From contig JBEKFE010000016.1 of the NCBI GenBank assembly GCA_050013475.1, positions 5,257 to 69,256 on the forward strand: 64,000 nucleotides of DNA, written 5' to 3'. Shown here piece by piece: positions 60,769 to 64,000 of this stretch. Position 1 is the first letter of the stretch; each line of letters starts with the position of its first letter. Origin of the DNA: Bacteroidales bacterium (GTDB lineage Bacteria; Bacteroidota; Bacteroidia; Bacteroidales; VadinHA17). Position numbers and translations under genes: made by a program. Under the pieces are notes generated by a model. The model made no database searches. It saw only the letters and a list, made by a program, of their open reading frames with translations, and was not told the origin of the DNA.

Positions 60769-61933
60769 GGAGCTGGAAATAAAGGATGATGAGATATTGC
60801 TGCTCGGGCTTTGCAGACCTTTTTTTACAGCCGAACAGGCTGAAAAGCTGAAAGGGCTTGCAGCCAGGATAAGCGACTGGGATCATTTTGTTTCGCTGGC
60901 CAATGAGCACGGAGTAGCATCACTTGTATATAATAACCTGCTCGGGCTTTCACTTCTTTCATATCTTCCCCCGGCATCTGCAGAATTTCTTCAGAAAACA
61001 CGGATGCTGAATATAAGCCGTAATGCTTTTCATATTACGGCTATCGAGGAGGTCCTTTCGATCCTTAACAGGGAAGGCATAAAGGTGGTACTGCTTAAAG
61101 GGCTGGCGCTTGAGTTCTCTGTATATGGAAATTCCAGTCTGAGACAGATGACCGATGTTGATATCCTTATAGATCGCCGTGATTTCATAAGGGCCAGGCA
61201 TGTTATGATGGAAAACGGGTATGATTCAATGCCTGTCAAGTCGGGTCTTCACAAGCCGATCATTGCCTTCACCGGTAAGCATCTGCCCACGATGTTGAAG
61301 AACGGGGCATCAATCGATATTCACATAGAGCTTTTCCCCGGAAAGAGGAACAGGCTTACAGATATGCTGTTTGATTCATCGGCTGAAATAAAGGTTGACA
61401 GGGAGAGGGCCTTTATCCCGTCGCCGCAGCTCTTTTTCCTTTTTCTTGTAAAGCATCTTTACCAGCACGAGATAAATAATGAATCACAGCTGCGGTTATA
61501 CTCCGATCTTGTATTTCTCCTCGGGATGCACAGGGATGAAATAATAAACTGGGACCTGCTGGCCAGGGCTTCGGAGGCGGGCATCACTAAGATCCTTGCG
61601 TGGAAGCTTGAGCTCCTTCGCGATCTGTGGGGGATACAGTTTCCGCAGTGGATCGATGATTTTATTGATAAGTGGTTCATCCCGGATTCAATAAACAAAT
61701 TCGTCTTTTTCCTCAAGAGTCCCAAGAATAACAAGCCGGATCGGCCGGGTTATGTCTACAGGCAGATCATCAGGGATATTCCGGGCATCCACCGGAAGCT
61801 GCTTTTCATTGCCGGTGATATTTTTCCTTCTGTCAGGTTTATGAAGGAGCGGTATGGGTGTAAAACCAATTGGAAAGCTGTTCTTTATTATCCAGTCAGG
61901 CTGGGGAAGCTGATCCTGCTGGTTTCAAGATAG
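60758..61933 (+). CDS. nucleotidyltransferase-fold protein (uncharacterised NTP_transf_5-like family)
   Basis: LKGLALEFSVYGNSSLRQMTDVDILI is the G[SN]-x(n)-DxD pol-beta-type NTase motif. 391 aa. It overlaps the ABC gene by 11 nt. Confidence 0.7.
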   Translation: MMSKELEIKDDEILLLGLCRPFFTAEQAEKLKGLAARISDWDHFVSLANEHGVASLVYNNLLGLSLLSYLPPASAEFLQKTRMLNISRNAFHITAIEEVLSILNREGIKVVLLKGLALEFSVYGNSSLRQMTDVDILIDRRDFIRARHVMMENGYDSMPVKSGLHKPIIAFTGKHLPTMLKNGASIDIHIELFPGKRNRLTDMLFDSSAEIKVDRERAFIPSPQLFFLFLVKHLYQHEINNESQLRLYSDLVFLLGMHRDEIINWDLLARASEAGITKILAWKLELLRDLWGIQFPQWIDDFIDKWFIPDSINKFVFFLKSPKNNKPDRPGYVYRQIIRDIPGIHRKLLFIAGDIFPSVRFMKERYGCKTNWKAVLYYPVRLGKLILLVSR

Positions 61934-62042
61934 TCTGAGGTCTGGGGGTCTGGGGGTCTGGGGGTCTGGAGTCTTAGGTCCTGGGGTCATAAAGTGTTTC
62001 TCTGCGCTCCCTGCGTAAAAATCTCTGAGAACTCTGCGGTTA
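61934..62042. repeat. 7-8-nt stutter repeat plus a CGCAGAG-type right arm
   Basis: The stutter is tctgagg tctggggg tctggggg tctggggg tctggag tcttagg tcctgggg (61934-61986). It is followed by ctctgcgctccctgcgtaaaaatctctgagaactctgcggtta (62000-62042). Confidence 0.7.
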
Positions 62043-62172
62043 CAAGAAATCTATCTGCTAATTTTTTAAATATTTTTAAGTCTCGTCAGATTTTTCTTTA
62101 ACAAAACATTAGGAATCAATATTTTTTCTTATATTTATGTATCTGACAATACAATAACAAAGAGCGTATCCC

Positions 62173-62376
62173 ATGAACAAGTTTGTAAAAGCCTGTATCA
62201 AGGAGAGAATTATCAGGCTTGTTAGGCTAAAGTCTACCGGAACTCCGTCGCAGCTGGCGCAGAAATTTGAAATAAGTGAACGGAGTGTCAAAAGGATCAT
62301 CAGGGAGCTTAAAGAAGACGGGATGGTCATCAGGTTTGATCACAACTGCATTTCGTATATAGATTCAGACGGCTGA
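62173..62376 (+). CDS. small helix-turn-helix protein
   Basis: 67 aa. STGTPSQLAQKFEISERSVKRIIRELKEDG is a typical HTH (DeoR/HTH_11-like). Confidence 0.6.
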   Translation: MNKFVKACIKERIIRLVRLKSTGTPSQLAQKFEISERSVKRIIRELKEDGMVIRFDHNCISYIDSDG

Positions 62377-62635
62377 AAACATGTTGTATAACATATACCT
62401 CGTTCACTTTTGTGTCCCCGGTGCTTTTTAATATTGTCATATCTGCAATACAATTTAGAAAATGTTTAGGAATGGGAGTATCATTATGTTCCATCAAAGG
62501 GAGAGCCTCACAAATCAGGTTTGTTTCTTCACTCGTTATTCAGGTTTTGGTAATCAGTCTATTAGTTCTCGCTGCATTTCGTGCTGATTATCTTGTTCGT
62601 TAAGAACAGTTGGTCGTTCTGACCAGAGGCCCCAT

Positions 62636-62673
62636 CCCGGAAGTCTAGCCAGTCTTCCGGGATTCTCTTTTTT
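62636..62673 (+). terminator. intrinsic terminator
   Basis: The stem is cccggaag (62636-62643) pairing with cttccggg (62654-62661), plus 2 more bp. It is followed by attctcttttttg. Confidence 0.7.
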
Positions 62674-62957
62674 GCGCTATTAGGTTTGTGGTACGCATTG
62701 TGAGGGGGGCAAAATCTTTTCAGGCAGGAACAATATAAATGAGATTCCTTGACATATTGCGCTGGGAACCGTTTGGAAAAATTCTATTAAGACCCCGGTC
62801 CGGCGCGGGAAACACTCATTCATCCATTTACTATGATTGATGCAACCCCCGGAGGGGGTTGCAAATATTTCGCCATTGAGGGGTGGGCTCATTACAATGA
62901 CTGAATAAATAAAAGACATTGTGCCTTTTAAAGTACCAATACTAATAAGTTGCTAAA

Positions 62958-63248
62958 GTCATTACGAGCCCGACTACTCCTTAAGCCGTACCATTCTACA
63001 AATAGCATTAGTCGGGAGAAGCAATCGAATTCAGCGGATCGGGAAGCTGTAGATGTAGTCACCGAAGCCCCGGAGGGGCGAGGCAGCCCCGCGAGGGGCT
63101 GAATATCAATAACCCCCGGCGAAACCGGGGGTGAACCTGCACATTATAATTGTGAGCCCCGAAGGGGTGAGACTTCATTCAAACATCACTTAAGTATCCT
63201 GAATCCGATTGCTTCGTCGCCCTGTTGAGCAGGGCGCCTCGCAATGAC
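62958..63248. repeat. 290-nt nested imperfect palindrome enclosing a C-run/G-run mini-hairpin cluster
   Basis: Outer arms are gtcattacgag (62958-62968) and ctcgcaatgac (63238-63248). Inner arms are gaagcaatcgaattcag (63018-63034) and ctgaatccgattgcttc (63199-63215). Central hairpins are gccccggaggggc, gccccgcgaggggc, cccccggcgaaaccggggg and gccccgaagggg. Confidence 0.7.
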
Positions 63249-63290
63249 CTGTTTGAAATCAAATTTTGTATTAAATTGTGCTCAATATTT

Positions 63291-63983
63291 TTAAAAATAA
63301 CTTGTTAAAGTTTCAAGCATTGATCCATTATTGTCACAATCCATTATAATTTTCCCTTTATTAAGTACAATTATCCTTTTGCATATTTCATTAACATGGT
63401 TCAAATTATGACTTGAAACTAGGATTGTTGTACCATCATTTCTATTTATATCTATTAACATTTTTTTAAAAACAATTTGAGCTGATGGATCAAGGTGATT
63501 GAATGGTTCATCTAGAACAAGAACTTTGGGATTAAAAAAAAAAGCTGAAAAAATTCCAATTTTTTGCTTATTCCCATCCGAGTATTCTCTAATATATTTA
63601 CCATTTTGATTAAGTATCTCATTATTAAAAAAATGAATAAATGATTTTAATTTTTCTTCAATTTGTTCATTCGTAATATGATATATCTTCCCAAGGAAAG
63701 AAAAAAACTCCTCAGGTGTTAAAAAATCAATTAGAAAACTTTCATCTAAATACGAACCCGTAAAACTCTTCCACTTCTCGGAGTTTGAAACTGAAATATT
63801 ATTCAGGCAAATGCAACCACTATCTGCTCTTATCAAATCTAAAATTAATCTGAAAAATGTCGTCTTTCCAGCTCCATTATTTCCCACAATTCCCAAGAAT
63901 TCACCTTTATTGATCATAAGATTACCAATATCAAGTACATTTTTACCAAGATAGGTCTTCTTAATATTTTCAACTTTTATCAT
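63291..63983 (-). CDS. ABC transporter ATP-binding protein (ABC-2/bacitracin-type), AT-rich gene
   Basis: Walker A GNNGAGKTT, Walker B VLVLDEPFNHLD, H-loop SSHN and an atypical signature YSDGNKQKIG. 230 aa. Confidence 0.85.
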   Translation of the reverse strand: MIKVENIKKTYLGKNVLDIGNLMINKGEFLGIVGNNGAGKTTFFRLILDLIRADSGCICLNNISVSNSEKWKSFTGSYLDESFLIDFLTPEEFFSFLGKIYHITNEQIEEKLKSFIHFFNNEILNQNGKYIREYSDGNKQKIGIFSAFFFNPKVLVLDEPFNHLDPSAQIVFKKMLIDINRNDGTTILVSSHNLNHVNEICKRIIVLNKGKIIMDCDNNGSMLETLTSYF

Positions 63984-64000
63984 TTAAATTTCAAGTTTTC

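Noticed and set aside
61934-61986. Short tandem repeats that might be a CRISPR array
   Set aside because: The units are only 7-8 nt and have no spacers between them. No cas genes are in the window. They are microsatellite-like stutters, not CRISPR.

Overview
Chromosomal segment of a Bacteroidota (Bacteroidetes) bacterium. The porP-gldK-gldL-gldM-gldN type IX secretion/gliding core operon, gldA, DUF4834/DUF4296-like genes and a TAnnTTTG promoter box all point that way. There are about 50 protein genes, nearly all housekeeping: panCD, radA, PBP1A, topA, trpS, asnS, cysS, rbfA, ispG, rnr and mlaEF. There is also a large methionine/SAM block, with metK plus a homocysteine methyltransferase on the plus strand and metY-metX-hom-metH-metF on the minus strand behind a clear SAM-I riboswitch. 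I saw no rRNA, tRNA, CRISPR array, transposase or integrase. Four things stand out. (1) A tightly coupled five-gene operon at 57.2-61.9 kb (PqqD, HPr-kinase-like protein, S24/S26 peptidase, ABC exporter, nucleotidyltransferase) looks like a RiPP-type peptide modification and export system but has no known core enzyme or precursor. (2) Two families of structured intergenic repeats are widespread. One is TTAACC...GGTTAA-delimited palindromes built from stuttered 8-10-nt words; one copy carries a GxxExxY (PD-(D/E)XK) gene and a near-identical ORF-less copy lies 2.4 kb away. The other is clusters of C-run/G-run mini-hairpins that share a 46-nt core. (3) rpoN is interrupted by a single in-frame TAA. 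(4) GC drops abruptly to about 25 % at the last gene (an ABC ATPase), just past a 290-nt nested palindrome.
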